Shown here piece after piece: positions 38,311 through 51,865 of a DNA stretch of 64,000 nucleotides. The notes under the pieces were generated by a model. The model did no database searches. It was not told the origin of the DNA and was given only the letters and a program-made list of their open reading frames with translations. The DNA is from Felis catus (lineage: Eukaryota). Position numbers and translations under genes: made by a program. Every line of letters begins with the position of its first letter. Position 1 is the stretch's first letter. The stretch is from the NCBI RefSeq assembly GCF_018350175.1, contig NC_058368.1, forward strand, positions 131,380,001 to 131,444,000, in the 5' to 3' direction.

Positions 38311-38764
38311 TGAAGCATAGCTTTTTCAATTTAAAAAATGCTATATATTAGCTGTAATCAGTTTCCTTTTCAGCTCTTTGTCTTTTTTGCTTCCCCAAAT
38401 TCAATTTTGAGCTACTGGGGAAAGGATATAATTTAGAAGTCTTGTTCGTGCAAAAAGATCACGTGAAGGTAAATTCAGATGATTTTGATTAATATAAGGA
38501 AGAGCTTAAGATGTGACCACAAAATAACTGATGTATTTTTTGGTTGATCTTGTCCCATTGAGATCTCAACTAATAGTCTTGTGGATACTTTCAATTGACT
38601 TCTTTAATTTCTGATTTTGATCCCTACTGGAGTTGAAAGAGACAGAGCCAAATTAGGCAATAAAATGCTTAATTTGAAGAACTATGATATTTCATGTGCT
38701 TGGCTTTCTACACTTATGTAATAATCTGAAATAAAAGGCAAATAATTTTAAAAAGCGGGGGGGA

Positions 38765-38886
38765 GTGTTGCCTGGGTGACTCAGTTGAACACCCAACTCT
38801 TGATTTTGACTCAGGTCATGATCTCAAGATCATGGGATTGAGTCCTATGTTGGGCTCTGTCCTGAGCATGGAGCCTGCTTAGGATA

Positions 38887-38929
<43 letters not shown>

Positions 38930-39079
38930 CCTCTCCCTCTCTCCCTCTCTCCCTCTCTCCCTCTCTCCCTCTCTCCCTCTCTCCCTCTCCCTCCCCCTCC
39001 CTCCCTCCCTCCTCCTTCCCTCTCTGTCCTTTTCCCCCACTCACATGCTCTCTCTCTCTTAAAAAAAAAAAAAAAAAAA
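38765..39079 (+). mobile_element. Can-SINE with expanded CT tract
   Basis: Diverged head; 139-nt pure pyrimidine run; poly-A. Confidence 0.93.
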
Positions 39080-39081
39080 GA

Positions 39082-39246
39082 GGGCCGCCTGGGTGGCTCA
39101 GTCAGTTAAGCATCGACTTCGGCTCAGGTCATGATCTCTCAGTCCATGAGTTCAAGCCTCGCATCGGGCTCTGTGCTGACAGCTCAGAGCATGGAGCCTG
39201 CTTCGGATTCTGTGTTTCCCTCTCTCTCTAGCCCTTCCCCTCTCAA

Positions 39247-39287
<41 letters not shown>

Positions 39288-39326
39288 AATAAATAAACAT
39301 TAAAAAATCTTAAAAATTTAAAAAAA
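39082..39326 (+). mobile_element. Can-SINE inserted at the tail of the previous SINE
   Basis: Head follows poly-A; aaaaaagag on both sides. Confidence 0.95.
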
Positions 39327-40087
39327 GAGTAAATAGTTGGATTAGTGAAAGGAGAAATTAAACTGTTACTGGGTATGAACTAGATTATTGTGTGATATCT
39401 TTCATAAAAAAAATCACAAAGTATAAGGTGTATGAATACATGCTATTGGTGTTTTCTGCCATTTTAACGATGTATAACCCTGCTTTTAATATTGAACATC
39501 TGATATAATGAATGTGTATGCTGCTTTTGAATATTAATTGCAATTGATACACATGACTTTCATTTTAGTTATATTTATAGTTTCTTTTTGTAACCAAGTA
39601 TAAAAAGTAATTACTTCACTGGTAACTACTGCTATTCATTCATTAAATCAACATTTAAGTTTACTATGTGCAAGGCCTTGTGCTAGGTAATATAACATAA
39701 TGATAAGACAGACAGGGTCCTTGACTTTGTGGAAGTTATAATTTAGTGGAGGAGATACATAAATTGATGTAAAATTACATTGTAATAAATTCTAAGAAGA
39801 AGAGATTCAGAGTGCTGTGAGAACCGTAATTGCTGAGTTAAGAATTTATATTTCTGTGACTGAATGTTTAAGCATTGTGTGAAAGATTTTTCTTTGCTTT
39901 TCAAAAGCTACCCAATGGGAATACATCACAAAGAACTTTAGGAATATTAAAAGAGACCTTATGTATCCCACAGACAAAATATAATGGAGATTTGGTAATA
40001 TTTCTTCAGAAATTAATGACAATGTAATGTAAGATTTGATTTCACTTTCCACTGATGGCAGCATTTAAAATGCACTGTGCACTAAAA

Positions 40088-40310
40088 TAGGGTTTCTCAA
40101 CCTTCTCGCTTGACATTTGGGGCTGGATGATTTTGTTAAGGTGGCTGCCTGTACATTCTTGGATATTTAGCAGCGTTCCTACACTCTCCACACCAGATTC
40201 ACAGGCACTAGTAGCACTCACATGTCCCCAGTCATCCAGTTATGACAATAAAAACTATTTGCAGACATTGCCCAGTGTCCCAAAAAATTATGCCAGTTAA
40301 TAACTACTGC
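40088..40310 (+). mobile_element. MER20 hAT-Charlie fossil
   Basis: gggtttctcaacct...ttgacatttggggctggat...tttagcagc...cagacattgccca.tgtccc...ccagttaataactactg. Confidence 0.8.
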
Positions 40311-40542
40311 CCTGGAGTGTTTTGCATCCATTATGAAGGTTAGAAAAGAATCCAAGTTTGCAAAATGTCCACCATGGGAAAATATGTATATCATGATCTT
40401 ATTTTTGTGAAAAACCATACATACCCACACCAAAGCCAAAATTCAAATCATAAAATATTACCCATATTTATCCTGGTTATCAAGAAAAAAGTGTTATTTG
40501 AGGTTGTATTTCCTTTGTGTTTTTCTTTCATTTATTAACCTT

Positions 40543-40737
40543 GTTTTTGTGTTCGTTTGTTTTTGTTTTTGTTGTTTTGAGGGAGAGAGAGAATACACAC
40601 AAGGTGGAGAGAGAGAATCTTTGACAGGCTCCACACTGGGTCCACCAACGTGGGACTCGATCTCACAAGTGTGAGATCATGACCTGAGCCAAAATCAAGA
40701 GTCAGACACTTAACCAACTGAGCCACCCAGGCACCCC
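40543..40737 (-). mobile_element. Can-SINE
   Basis: Head at 40737; TSD tcatttatt. Confidence 0.94.
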
Positions 40738-40808
40738 TCATTTATTGCCCTTTTAATTAGAACAGTAATTTACTTTATATAATATTCAGCCTTTAAATGG
40801 ATGATATG

Positions 40809-41170
40809 ATGTCTTAGTCTGCTCGCACTGCTACAACAAAAATACCATAGACAGATGGATGAGACAAGCATTTATTTCTCACAGTTCTGGAGGCTGGGAG
40901 GTCCAAGACCAAGGCACAAGCAGATGCTGTGTCTGTTGAGAGCCCACTTCCTGTTGATAGAAGGCCATCTTCTCATTGTGTTCTCATGTGTGGGAAAGGG
41001 CAAGGGAGCTCTCTGGGTTCTTTTTATAGAGACAGTAATCCCATTCATGAGGGCTCCACCCTCATGGGTTAAGCACCTCCCACTGGTCTCCCCTCCAAAT
41101 ACCATCACGTTGATTAGGATTAGGATTCAGCATATGAATTTGAGGAGTACACAAACATTCTATAATATAT
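40809..41170 (-). mobile_element. MaLR LTR (MLT1A-like)
   Basis: tgtcttagtctgctc...acaaaataccatagac...atttatttctcacagttctggaggctgggaggtccaagaccaagg. Confidence 0.9.
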
Positions 41171-41650
41171 AGTAGTTTCCATAGATAGGCCAACCTTTGA
41201 AAATTTAACTTAGAATATTATACACAGCATCATGCTTGAAGAGCTGAAGTAAATATTGTATGTGATGTGGAGTTTTATTGATGTCCGTGCAACTGGAATA
41301 ACGCAAGTGACTGATAATTTCTTCTTTTGTGTAACCGTCGGGATAAGGATCATAATATCCTGTAAACTTGAAGCACTGTTTTGGAGAACTGGATTGTTCT
41401 ACTTTCTGCCTCTTATAGTTACTAATCAGAAAAACTTGCTTATTCCCAGAGGGGAGGTTAAAAGTAGGACGCCACACAGTGGACACAACAGAGTAAATAA
41501 AATGTGACTTTCCTTAGTCACATGTTGCTGACTAGCCTAGAGGCATGCCCTAAGATGTCTTATGATTATTTCTATTCTTTTTAGACCTTTAAGTTTTATT
41601 TTGAAAAGCAAACAGTTTATTAAATGGGAGTCTAGAACAGCAGTTCTAAG

Positions 41651-41660
41651 GTGTGTGCGC

Positions 41661-41697
<37 letters not shown>

Positions 41698-41702
41698 TGT
41701 GT
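41651..41702. repeat. (GT)/(GC) alternating purine-pyrimidine tract
   Basis: Read directly. Confidence 0.95.
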
Positions 41703-43035
41703 TCCCCCTTACTGGGACACAAATGAAGGAGAATTTCACACGTATTCTAAAGAACATTTCCAGGTTTATACATAGCTCTCAACTCGCCACCTATAATCAT
41801 TCCTCTTTTTCCCCAGTCAAGAAAGAAAACCAGAATGCACATAGATTTAGAGTGCAGGGATAATGAAATGCAATAGATGAGAAATAAGGAATTTAAAAAC
41901 TAAACTATTTAAAAACACTGATAATTTATTACAGATGTAATATTCAACAGATATTGATTGATTGGTTAGAACATAACAGGCAATATATTAGGCACAGAGG
42001 TGAAAGTCTAGTGGCAGTGGCACACCTTTATCAAATTCTCATACACAAATACGTGTGATATGAGAGTATGTAATTGGAGAACCTGTTGTAGATTAAGGAG
42101 CCAGAAAAGGCTTTCCTGAAAAAAAAAGTATCTTTTTAGCCAAGATCTAATAAGTGGATAGGAATTAACTAGGTAAAAAGATAAGAGGGCACAACATTCC
42201 AAATAAAGAAACCAACTTGTGCCAAGATTTGTTTCTCGAAGGAGGAGGTCCATTTAAGGAAGTAAAAGGACAGACTAGATAGAGCTCAGAGAGCAATAAC
42301 CTGAATGGTGAGGGTTGAAGTTGGTGAGGTGGGATGGAGTAGGAGGGACCATGGTATAGATGTTGGTTCTTTAGCCTGAAAGTAAAAGGAAAGCATTGGA
42401 AGTTTTCAAACCATAGTGTGGTGTGATAAGAATGGCAATCTGAAAAATCATTTTGGCAAAGCATGCAAAACTTGTTAAGATGCAAAAAAAAAAAAAGGAT
42501 GTAAGGACCAGTTAGTAGTTTATTGAAGTAGTCCAGCTGAAGAGTTGTAAAGAATTCTATCTTTATCTTTCTGAAATAGAAATGGATTCGAGAGACATTC
42601 AAGGACTAGAATCAATAGGATTTACTGATAAATTAGGAAGAAATATCAAGGATAACAGCTACAGTACTAGTGAAGCTGGATGGATTCAGTAGGTTAAAGA
42701 AAATTAGAATTGGCTTGATTACAGAGAAAAGTGTGTGAATTTGAGGCATATTGAATTGAGGTGCTTTAAGACATCACAACAAAAATACCAGACGGACACT
42801 AGATATATAGATTATAACTCAAAAGAGAGGCTAGGACAGAGCTATGAATCTGAAAATCATCTATATACAGATATTAGCAGAGACTTAAGGTCCATTGCCT
42901 GGGGAAATTATATAGATTGAAAAGAAAAACAGAAGGCAGTTTAGGACTAAACATTAAGGAACTCCCAACTTTGTGGGAGTAAAGAGGAAGTGCTCTTGAA
43001 GAACAAACAGATAAGAAAAAGAATGTTGTATTATA

Positions 43036-43104
43036 TTTTTTATTTTTTTGTTTTTATTTTACTTCATTCCAGTTAACATACAGTGTTCTATTAGTTTCAG
43101 GTGT
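43036..43104 (-). mobile_element. 69-bp 5'-truncated carnivore L1
   Basis: T tail + ccagttaacatacagtgttctattagtttcaggtgt; 16/17 TSD aagaatgttgt(a/t)ttata. Confidence 0.88.
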
Positions 43105-43174
43105 AAGAATGTTGTTTTATAAAAATCAAGAGAAGTGATAGATATTTCAAGGCATTTAAAAATGTTTAAGAACA

Positions 43175-43393
43175 GGGGTGCCTGGGTGGCTTAGTTGGTT
43201 AAGCCTCCAACTCATGATTTCAGCTCAGGTCATGATCTCATGTCTCTTTGTGGGATCAAACCCTGCATCAGGCTCTGCACTGTCATCACAGAGCCTGCCT
43301 GGAATTCTTTCTCTCCCTCTCTCTGCCACTCTCCTGCTCTTGCGTGCATGCTCTCTCTCTGTCTCTCAAAATAAATGAACAAACTCTGTTTTC
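43175..43393 (+). mobile_element. Can-SINE
   Basis: TSD aaaaa(t/c)g(t/c)ttaagaa. Confidence 0.94.
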
Positions 43394-44092
43394 AAAAACG
43401 CTTAAGAAGAGAATAATCAATACCGTCAAATGTAGCTGAGAGATCAAGAAAGATGAAAAGTGAACAATATTTATTGGATCTAGTAACAGTAACCCAACAG
43501 AAATGGGTTGAAGAGTATTGCAGAAAATTTAGAAAACAAACAGGCAGCTTTTTAAGGTTGTGCTGTGACCAGAAGAAGAGGGGGAGGGTGGTAGCTAGAA
43601 AAAAATGGAGGACTAAGGGAAATCTGTAGTGTGTGTGTCAGTGTATGTGTGTGTTTAATGTGAGAAGCCGTTAGAGAAAGAGAAATGGTAGATCCAGGAA
43701 GAGTTGAAATGAATGGTGAAGGTTTTAGAAGAGTCACATGAGAGAGCCTATCTGTGACTTAGTCTAAGTTTGCTAGGAAAAAATAATACATATATTAGAA
43801 CTGTTCCCACAGATTTGACAGTGGCATTGGACACTGCCAAACTAAAGAGTATAACGCAATTTAATTACTTGAAAAATATATGGAGGATTATTTAAAAGAA
43901 ATTTCTAGAAGAGCCTTGATTCTAGTATTGAATTAGGTTATTTTCTAAAATTCCTTATAGCCCTCTCTTCTGCTTGGAGGAGTTCAAGGAAGTCTCTGTC
44001 TTCACCAAAATAAGCTGAGAGTCTTAAATATTAATTGTTCTGTAGGTTTCTTTTAGCAATGTTTTATCACTTTACTAATTTTATCTTTTTTT

Positions 44093-44298
44093 AAATGTTT
44101 CTTTATTTTGAGAGTGAGAGAGAGAGAGCATATGAGTGGGAGAGGGGCGGGGGGGGGCGGTGGGGGAGAGAGAATCCTAAGCAGGCTCCACGCTCAATAT
44201 GGAGCCTGATACAGGGCTCAGTCTCACGACTGTGAGATCATGACCTGAGCCAGAATCAAGAGTGGGACGCTCAACTAACTGAGCCACCGAGGTGCCCC
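44093..44298 (-). mobile_element. Can-SINE
   Basis: TSD ctaattttatctttttt. Confidence 0.96.
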
Positions 44299-45616
44299 CT
44301 AATTTTATCTTTTTTAACCTTACCTTTTCATATATACTATCTCCATTTAGGTTCAATTTCAGATTTGCTTTTCCTGTTCTTGGCCTTTTTGATTATATTC
44401 TACTTTTGAAATCTCTTTTGAATGCACTTATTTTCTTATATATTTCTCGGTGATATGTAGTTGATCCAGTTAATTCTTCCATTAATACATCTACTTATAC
44501 TTTTAGTTAGCAGTTTGTTTTATGGCATACTTAGTAATTTTTGACTGTAGACGGCCCTCAGTAGGGGTGGGTTCTTTGTGAATCTCAGGTGCTCTGAATT
44601 GTGGAAGAAACCCCTTGAGGCTAGTTTTGTGTTTGGCTTTGTTGTGATCTTACAGTTTTCACTAGTATAGGACTTAATATTATTTGATCTATTCACGGTT
44701 TCCAAGCTTCTTGGGAAGTGCTGATTGAGACCTCAGAACAACCAATAATGCAGGCTTGAATATCCTCTGGTCTCCTTCTGCTGACTCTTTGTCCAGAGTA
44801 GCTGGCTCTGTACCACATTCCACAGACCAGACAGCCATTCTAGCTTGCTTGCTATATATAGAGCCTAGGGTTTTGACTCCTAACCTATATCCTCAACATA
44901 TAGATTAGGTTTTTGAACATTTTATGTAGCTTTTTAAATTTAATTAGCACTAGAGGGAGGCTTACTGCCTTGGCTTGGTTCCCCATGTTGACCAAAAATC
45001 TTTTTTGGCAATATAAAAATCTTTTCCAGTTGTTTCTTAAAATATATTTTTGATGACTGATATGGAAGCTAGCATATGTTAGAAATTCAAAACTGTCAAA
45101 TTTGGAATATGTATTTATGCAAATTTGAAGTCATATTTTGAGACTAGACATACAGATTCCTATGACACAACAGTGACATTTATAAAAGTTTGTATTTCCT
45201 TAAGAATCAGAAAAAGGGTCTGTAATATATGTGTCTGTATATTTAAAGTAACTTCCATGTTTCATTTCTTAATCACTATTTTCTGGATAACTTTAATAAC
45301 TAAAATTTTTCAGTAATATAGCATGGACTTTGTGTCAGGCATAAGAAAAATGCAAGAGAATAAGATTTAGAGAAAGTTAGGCATACTTCAATTTTATGAG
45401 AAGAGATTAAATGATATAATGAAGAGAGAGGGAAGAATTTATTCTAGGATTGAATCATAATCTACAAAGTCAAATATTCAGGAAATTTAATTTTCCTTAT
45501 TTTTAAGTAAAAGTTGTTCGTATATGATAAGTACAGTGGGTATTTATTGAATAGATGAATGTATGAATGAATTTAATTTCTATTTTGAGCCTTTTTCTCT
45601 TGGAAGCTACAAACTC

Positions 45617-45987
45617 TTTTTTTTAATTTTTATTTAATTTAGTTTTTTCATTTACATCCAACTTAGCATATAGTTCAACAGTGATTTCAGGAGTAGATTC
45701 CTTAATGCCCCTTACCCATTTAGCCCATCCCCCCTCCCACAACCCCTCCAGTAACCCTCAGTTCTCCATATTTATGAGTCTCTTCTGTTCTATCCCCCTC
45801 CCTGTTTTTATATTAGTTTTGCTTCTCTTCCCTGATGTTAATTTGTTCTGTGTTTTAAAGTCCTCATATGAGTGAAGTCATATGATATTTGTCTTTCTCT
45901 GACTAATTTCGCTTAGCATAATACACTCTAGTTCTATCCACGTAGTTGCGAATGGCAAGACTTCATTCTTTTTGATTGCTGAGTAAC
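45617..45987 (-). mobile_element. Felid-type L1 3' end
   Basis: T tail, tgatttcaggagtagattccttaatgccccttacccatttagcccatcccccc...gttctatccacgtagttgcgaatggcaaga. Confidence 0.92.
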
Positions 45988-47149
45988 TAACTCCTAATCA
46001 ATACAGGATTGTCTCCCCTCCTATCCCCCTAGGTCTGCATCCTAAATTTCTAGTCTTCCAAGTATCAGCATGCTGGCAGATGGGATGGATATTTGGCCTG
46101 GTTGGTACCTATTGAGCTGTCTACCTGCTCACTTTGTATTGACTGAAAAATCTTCACTACCCACTCTGCCAAATAAATGCCAACCATTTCTACTCCCTTA
46201 CCATGCTAACCAGGAAAGAATTCTGAGACCTTACTTCCTCCTCAGACTCTTTTCTGGAGATTGGGGATTGTAGGCTTCCCTGTAATCAAAACCCTAAACC
46301 TGATGGGATTTTCTTTCCTGTCCATCATCCTCCCACCAGTTTTAAGCCTGGGCAGATACGTTGCAAAGTACCTTCTCAGGGACCCACCACATTCTTGGCC
46401 CAGTCTCTTGGAATCTTTGTCTAGTATATCTTGAGCACAAGGGAAAAGGGATAGGAGGAGCAGGAAAAAAAAAATCTTCCAAATCTATCATTTACACTTA
46501 GGATATTAGTCTTTTATAGATCAAATGCCAAAAATTTAATAATTAAATTTATTTGTTGTGTACATCCTGCTGTGTCAGCCATTCCTTGAAGCAGGGAAGG
46601 AACAGTTTCTGCCTGAATGGAGAAGAAGGGTCATGGATAAAGAGAACTGAGAACAAAAAATATGGTTAATACATAAATTTTTTTTCTGCTACAAAGAAAC
46701 AAAATAAGGGAGAACAAAATAAGACAGAAAAAGAAGCCCAAGTGGCTTAGTAGAGAGAAGACTGAAAGACCTCTTTACTCTCTAAAGTAAAATGTGAGAT
46801 GCTGTGATTTAGGATTAGCTGGATTCAGTGGATCTGGACCTGACTGGCAGGTGTCAGGATTGTTGCTGGAGGCTGAAAAATGGCTTTTGTTACAGAGCTG
46901 TGTTCTCTCTCAGTGGTAGCTTAATGGGACTTCTCACATGCCTGAAAATCAGAAAATAATATCCCGGACCTCTTTTTAAAAATGTTCAAAGGAAATAGGG
47001 AATGCAAATCAAAATAAGAATGTGAACTCAAAAGATAGGATTATTTTAAGGTTTTCAAGGAAAAAAAAATCAGACTTGTTCATTATCAAACCAATGTATA
47101 TTCCTCCGCTCAAATGAAAATTAGGTCTTAAATTTTAAAAAAATGTCTT

Positions 47150-47364
47150 GGGGCGCCTGGGTGGCGCAGTCGGTTGAGCGTCCGACTTCAGCCAGGTCAC
47201 GATCTCGTGGTCCGTGAGTTCGAGCCCCGCGTCGGGCTCTGGGCTGATGGCTCAGAGCCTGGAGCCTGTTTCCGATTCTGTGTCTCCCTCTCTCTCTGCC
47301 CCTCCCCCGTTCATGCTCTGTCTCTCTCTGTCCCCAAAATAAATAAATGTTGAAAAAAAAAAAA
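47150..47364 (+). mobile_element. Can-SINE (young SINEC_Fc)
   Basis: Flanking duplication tttaaaaaaatgtctt; CpGs intact. Confidence 0.98.
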
Positions 47365-47568
47365 TTTAAAAAAATGTCTTAAATTTCCGGTGCACCCACT
47401 CTAGTTCAGGTCCTTGATACCTCATTCCTTAACTATTCCCTCTTTCTGCCACTTAGCACTCATGTTCTTGAAAATACCTCCTCTTGACACTTCTTTTTTA
47501 AAGAATTACTTTCTAGGTCTTGCTTGGTAATTTCACAGCAGCATCTCTAGTGTCTTGTGTACCCCTAC

Positions 47569-47943
47569 TGTGAGCTAAATTTTGCCCCTCCCCCATCCAT
47601 ATGTTGAAACCCTAACCCCCAATGTGACTATATTTGGAGATTGGTTTTTTGGATGTGTGTAAGGCTAAATGGTTATAAAGGTGGAGTTCTGATCCAATAG
47701 GATTGGTGGCCTTATATGTAAAGAAGGAGAGAGATTTTGTTCCACACACACATAAAGGAAAGGTGTTATGAGCACAAGGCAAGAAGGCAACCATCTGCAA
47801 GGCAGGGAGAGAGCCGTCACCTGAACCTAACTATGCTGGTACCCTGACCTTGGATTCCCAGCCTCCAGAACTGTGATAAATAAATAGCTGTATTTAAGCC
47901 CGTCCAGTTAATGCTATTTTATCATAGCCCAAGCTGACTAAGA
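47569..47943 (+). mobile_element. MaLR LTR (MLT1B-like)
   Basis: atatgttgaaaccctaacccccaatgtgactatatttggagat...ccagcctccagaactgtgataaataaat. Confidence 0.9.
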
Positions 47944-48039
47944 AAATCTCCAGAGCTCAGCTGACTCAACAAATATTTTTTGATTTTTGTGGAAATTAGT
48001 GTATTACATTCAGAAACATGATGAGACTTCTTAGCCTGT

Positions 48040-48215
48040 CAGGTAATGGCCTGGACTGTAGACTTTGCTGAGCAAACAGTCTCTGTCACAACTACTTAGC
48101 AGCCCTACACAGTACCTAGACAAATGACCATGGTTGTGTTCCAGAGAAGTTTTATTTATAAAAACAGGCAGCACAGGCCATATTTGGCCCGTAGGTTGTA
48201 GTTGCCCATTCCTGT
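48040..48215 (+). mobile_element. MER58A-like hAT-Charlie fossil
   Basis: gtctctgtcacaactact...gtgttcca...tttatttataaaaacaggcag...atttggcccgtaggttgtagttgccc. Confidence 0.75.
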
Positions 48216-48844
48216 CCAGTAGCAGTGGTCCATGTCAACAAGGGTCTTAGAAATGTCATAGAGGGAGACATGTAGACAGTCAATATAGGTATTATGGAAG
48301 GTATAAAGAGAATAGTAAGGACACAAAGGAATGGGAACATTTTACAAAGGGTAGAGTAGTAAAATGACAATGATCAGGCCTCACAGAGGAAATGATGAGG
48401 TACAAGATGGATTGAGATGGGCAGATGGGACAGAGGATCAAGACTACAGAGGGCAGGGAGTGGGAAGGCAAGCAAAAAAGGGGCAGAACAAGTCTGAAAT
48501 ATAAAAAGCAGTCAGGGGATCATAGTACTTATGTAAAATATGTATGTATGTAGGTTAAAAAATAAGAGAAAAATAAAAATCATGATGTACTAACATGATA
48601 TGTTGGTAAGTGAAAAAAAGTGCCAGCAGAGTATTTATATGTACGTGTGCTTTTATATTTTGTGTGAGCCAACATAAGTCATGAAAGGATTCACCAGTGT
48701 TGCCTTGGGGGTGGTTGCATCTGGAAGACAGGGAGTGGGCAGGCAGAATAGAGATGGTTATTGAGATTATGTCTGTAAATAAAATAAACTTGACAGCAGC
48801 TTGACAGGTCACTGTTTGTTTGTTTTCTCATATAAAAAATCTAA

Positions 48845-49200
48845 ATATAGTTTCTGCAATCAAGGATGTAGATTGTAATTTTGCTCCACTTCTGTTTCCA
48901 TGCATGTTGCCTCATGTTGTAAGAGAGCTGACAAGATCCAAATCCTAGGATCATCATGTTCAAGGAAAGGAAACAGATAGTATCAGCTATTTCTGCCCTT
49001 TTCATCCAGAAATGCAAAACTTTACTGGGAATTTTCAGCATACTTTCCTTATGTCTCATTGGCCAAAGCTGGGCCAACTTGAGTTATAAGAAAGCCTAGA
49101 TAAACAATTGTTTAAGCTTTCTGACTCCTATAATGGAGAACAGCACTTAAAAAGGAGAAGAGGTTTGAGAAAAGTATTGGGTTATCCAACCAGTAGTATC
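48845..49200 (-). mobile_element. MaLR LTR (old MLT1 type)
   Basis: cttatgtctcattggccaaagctgggcca motif and context. Confidence 0.5.
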
Positions 49201-49559
49201 TTCCCTTATTTGCTTTGCCTGCATGAGTTATTATATTCTTGTTTCATTTGTTAACCATAAGCATGTATTCCTTTTATAATTAGAAAATAAAGCTCCAAAT
49301 TCATACTTGCCACCAGCCACCAAGCTGGCCTCTCAACCTAAAAGTGTCATATTTCTGAGCATTGTAGTATCCTCTGAAAATGGAAAAGATGGTGGCAGGG
49401 CTTGTATTCTTAACATAGTAACCTTATCCACCAGTTCTGATCATGGTTTGATCAGTTATCTCTAAAGTGATTTACCTGATTTGTGTATTCTTTACCTGAA
49501 GCTAGATGTAGGTTCCTCTGGACTGAAAAGGATGGTGAAAATTTCTCTTCCCTGTAAGG

Positions 49560-50520
49560 AACACAGATAGCAATGTATTCTAGATTCCATTTAGAAAGAT
49601 CTGTCTGGCAGCAGTATAGCGCATGGAACTGTAGCAGTCATGAAAGAGGGGTGGACTCTAAGTCCAGGCAAAAGATTATGAGACCTGAACTGAGACATTA
49701 ACAATGGGAAAAGAAAAGGGGAATAAAATATAAAGTTTTGAAGCAACCTATATAAATTGATTGATATTATTTGATTGAAAGATGTAGAAGATGAAGATAA
49801 AGGAAGAATCTAAAATGCTAAATTTCGTTTTTGGATAAATAACAATTGGATTATGGTAACAGTCACTAAGATTTTGAGTGAGGTACAGGTTTAAGGAAAT
49901 AGTTAAATTGCCTTTGAACACAACATGTTTTCCTGTGCCTAGGTGGCAAATCCACAGAGAGATGGATGTCTGATAGACTAGTGGATATCCATAGACTAAC
50001 AGATTAGGCATCCAGGGAGTGATCTAGGCTAAAGCTAGAGATGATTGAGTCAATATACCAGTAGCTAAAACTGTAAAAATGAAAGATGAGATTGCTTAAG
50101 AGGAAAAGGTACTGTTAAAAAAGAAAAAATCCAAGCCTGGAAACTACTGAATACCAATATTTAGTGGGTGGGCCAATGGAAGAAAAGCCAGAAAAGGAAC
50201 TAGGGTGAGAAATTTGAACCTCCATTCAAGTGGCATTCTTGAAAATGACAATTTTTAAGGGAAGGAATTGGCTGAGAATGTGAAATGCTGTGGAATTATT
50301 GTGTATAATGAGAACTAAAAATAATCCATTGGATGTCATAATTGGGTCTTAGATGACCTTTGGTTACAGCAGTTCTAGTCTAATAGTGGGTTAGTGAGAG
50401 AGAATAGACAGAACCGATATTCTTTTCTTTCCAGGAACTTGACTCTGAAGGGAAAGAGAGAAGTGATTGCAGCCAGATGGAAATGTAGCATCAAAGAAGA
50501 GGTTTTTTGGTTGTTTTTAA
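49560..50520 (-). mobile_element. L2 LINE fragment
   Basis: ttagaaagatctgtctggcagcagt...gtccaggcaaaagattatgagacctgaact...gtgaaatgctg...tccattggat. Confidence 0.65.
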
Positions 50521-50589
50521 TGGAAGAGATTTCTGTATGTGTATCTCCTTTAGGAAAGAACATGTGGAGAGAGGATAATCTTACTTTTT

Positions 50590-50784
50590 AAAATAAAATT
50601 TATTTATTTTGTGAGAAAGAAAATGGGGGGACGGGGAGGGAGAGAGGGTGAGAGAGAGAATTCCAACCAGGCTCCACACCATCAGAGCAGAGCCCAATGC
50701 AGGCTCTGAACTCATGAACTCTGAGATCATTACCTGAACTTAAATTGAGTCAGATGCCTAAATGACTGAGTCACCGAAGTGCCC
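50590..50784 (-). mobile_element. Can-SINE (old)
   Basis: TSD taatctta(c/t)ttttt. Confidence 0.9.
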
Positions 50785-51106
50785 TAATCTTATTTTTTTA
50801 AGAAAAATTTAAAGGTATGTTTATACATAGGAAAAAATACTAGTTATATCTATAGTATTAGTAATTATTATGGCTAATAGTTGGTTTTCATTTTTACTAT
50901 GTGTTTTCATTTTCCACAACATTTTTCTTGATTTTCCACAATAAATATTGAGACTTCAAACATATTTGAGAACATTTAGAATTATCTAAACTCCTAAACT
51001 GTTACTTCTACATTCTGTTGGTAGATTAATGAGGAGTTGACTGAGTCTGTTGTTAGTATCTCATCTAAATATAGTCTGTCCCCTAATGATGAGTAATCTT
51101 TCACAG

Positions 51107-51865
51107 TTCATTCATTCAACCAATATTTATTGTGTCCTGCTACATGTGAAGCACCGTTTTGGGTACGTGGGGTTATATTAGTGAGTAAAACAGACAAAGG
51201 TTCTTGCTCTCTCAGATCTTACATTCTAGCATAGAGGTCAAACAATAAACATAGTAGATAAAATTGTGTGTATATTTGAAGTTGATAAATGTCATGGAAA
51301 AAGTAGAGCAAAATAGGGATGTCAGAAGATGGGGGTCATGCTGTGGTATTAAAAAGTGTTAGTTAAGGCAGATCGTATTGAGAACATGAGAATTGATCAG
51401 AGACTTGGAGGAGGTGAGAAAACTATCTGAAAAAAGCATTCTGGACATAAAAGTAAATGTAGAAATCATAACGCAAGAGTGTTCTAAGAGTGATCGAAGA
51501 TAATAATAGGACCAACAAGCAGGTCGCTGTGGCTGGAGCGTGGTGAGAGGAAGATACTGGTAGAAGATGAGATCAGAGAAGTAAGGGTTATTGGGAAGGT
51601 TCATGCAGGACCTATAGGCCATTGTAAAGACTGTAGTTTTTATTCCAAGTGGTTTTATAACGTTGTCAATTTGAACAGTCTTGTAACATGGTGTGACATT
51701 TTAAAATGACCCCCTAGGTTCTGTGTTAAGAATAAACTATAGGAAATAAAGAGGGAGGAAAGAGAAAATGTGTGTATCAAGCAGAAGGAGGGAGAACTAG
51801 TAGGAGGCTGTTACAGCAATCCAGGCAAAAGATGATTGTGCCTCAGACCAGGATGAAGAACGTGT
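51107..51865 (-). mobile_element. L2 LINE 3' fragment
   Basis: ttcattcattcaaccaatatttattgtgtcctgctac terminus; cttacattctag; gtaggaggctgttacagcaatccaggc. Confidence 0.85.

Larger units (their letters stand above)
41950..43570 (-). mobile_element. L2 LINE fragment (interrupted by L1 stub and SINE)
   Basis: Long purine-rich tract with L2 motifs (ggaaagcattggaagttttcaa, aaatggattcgagagacatt, ttggatctagtaaca). Confidence 0.65.
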
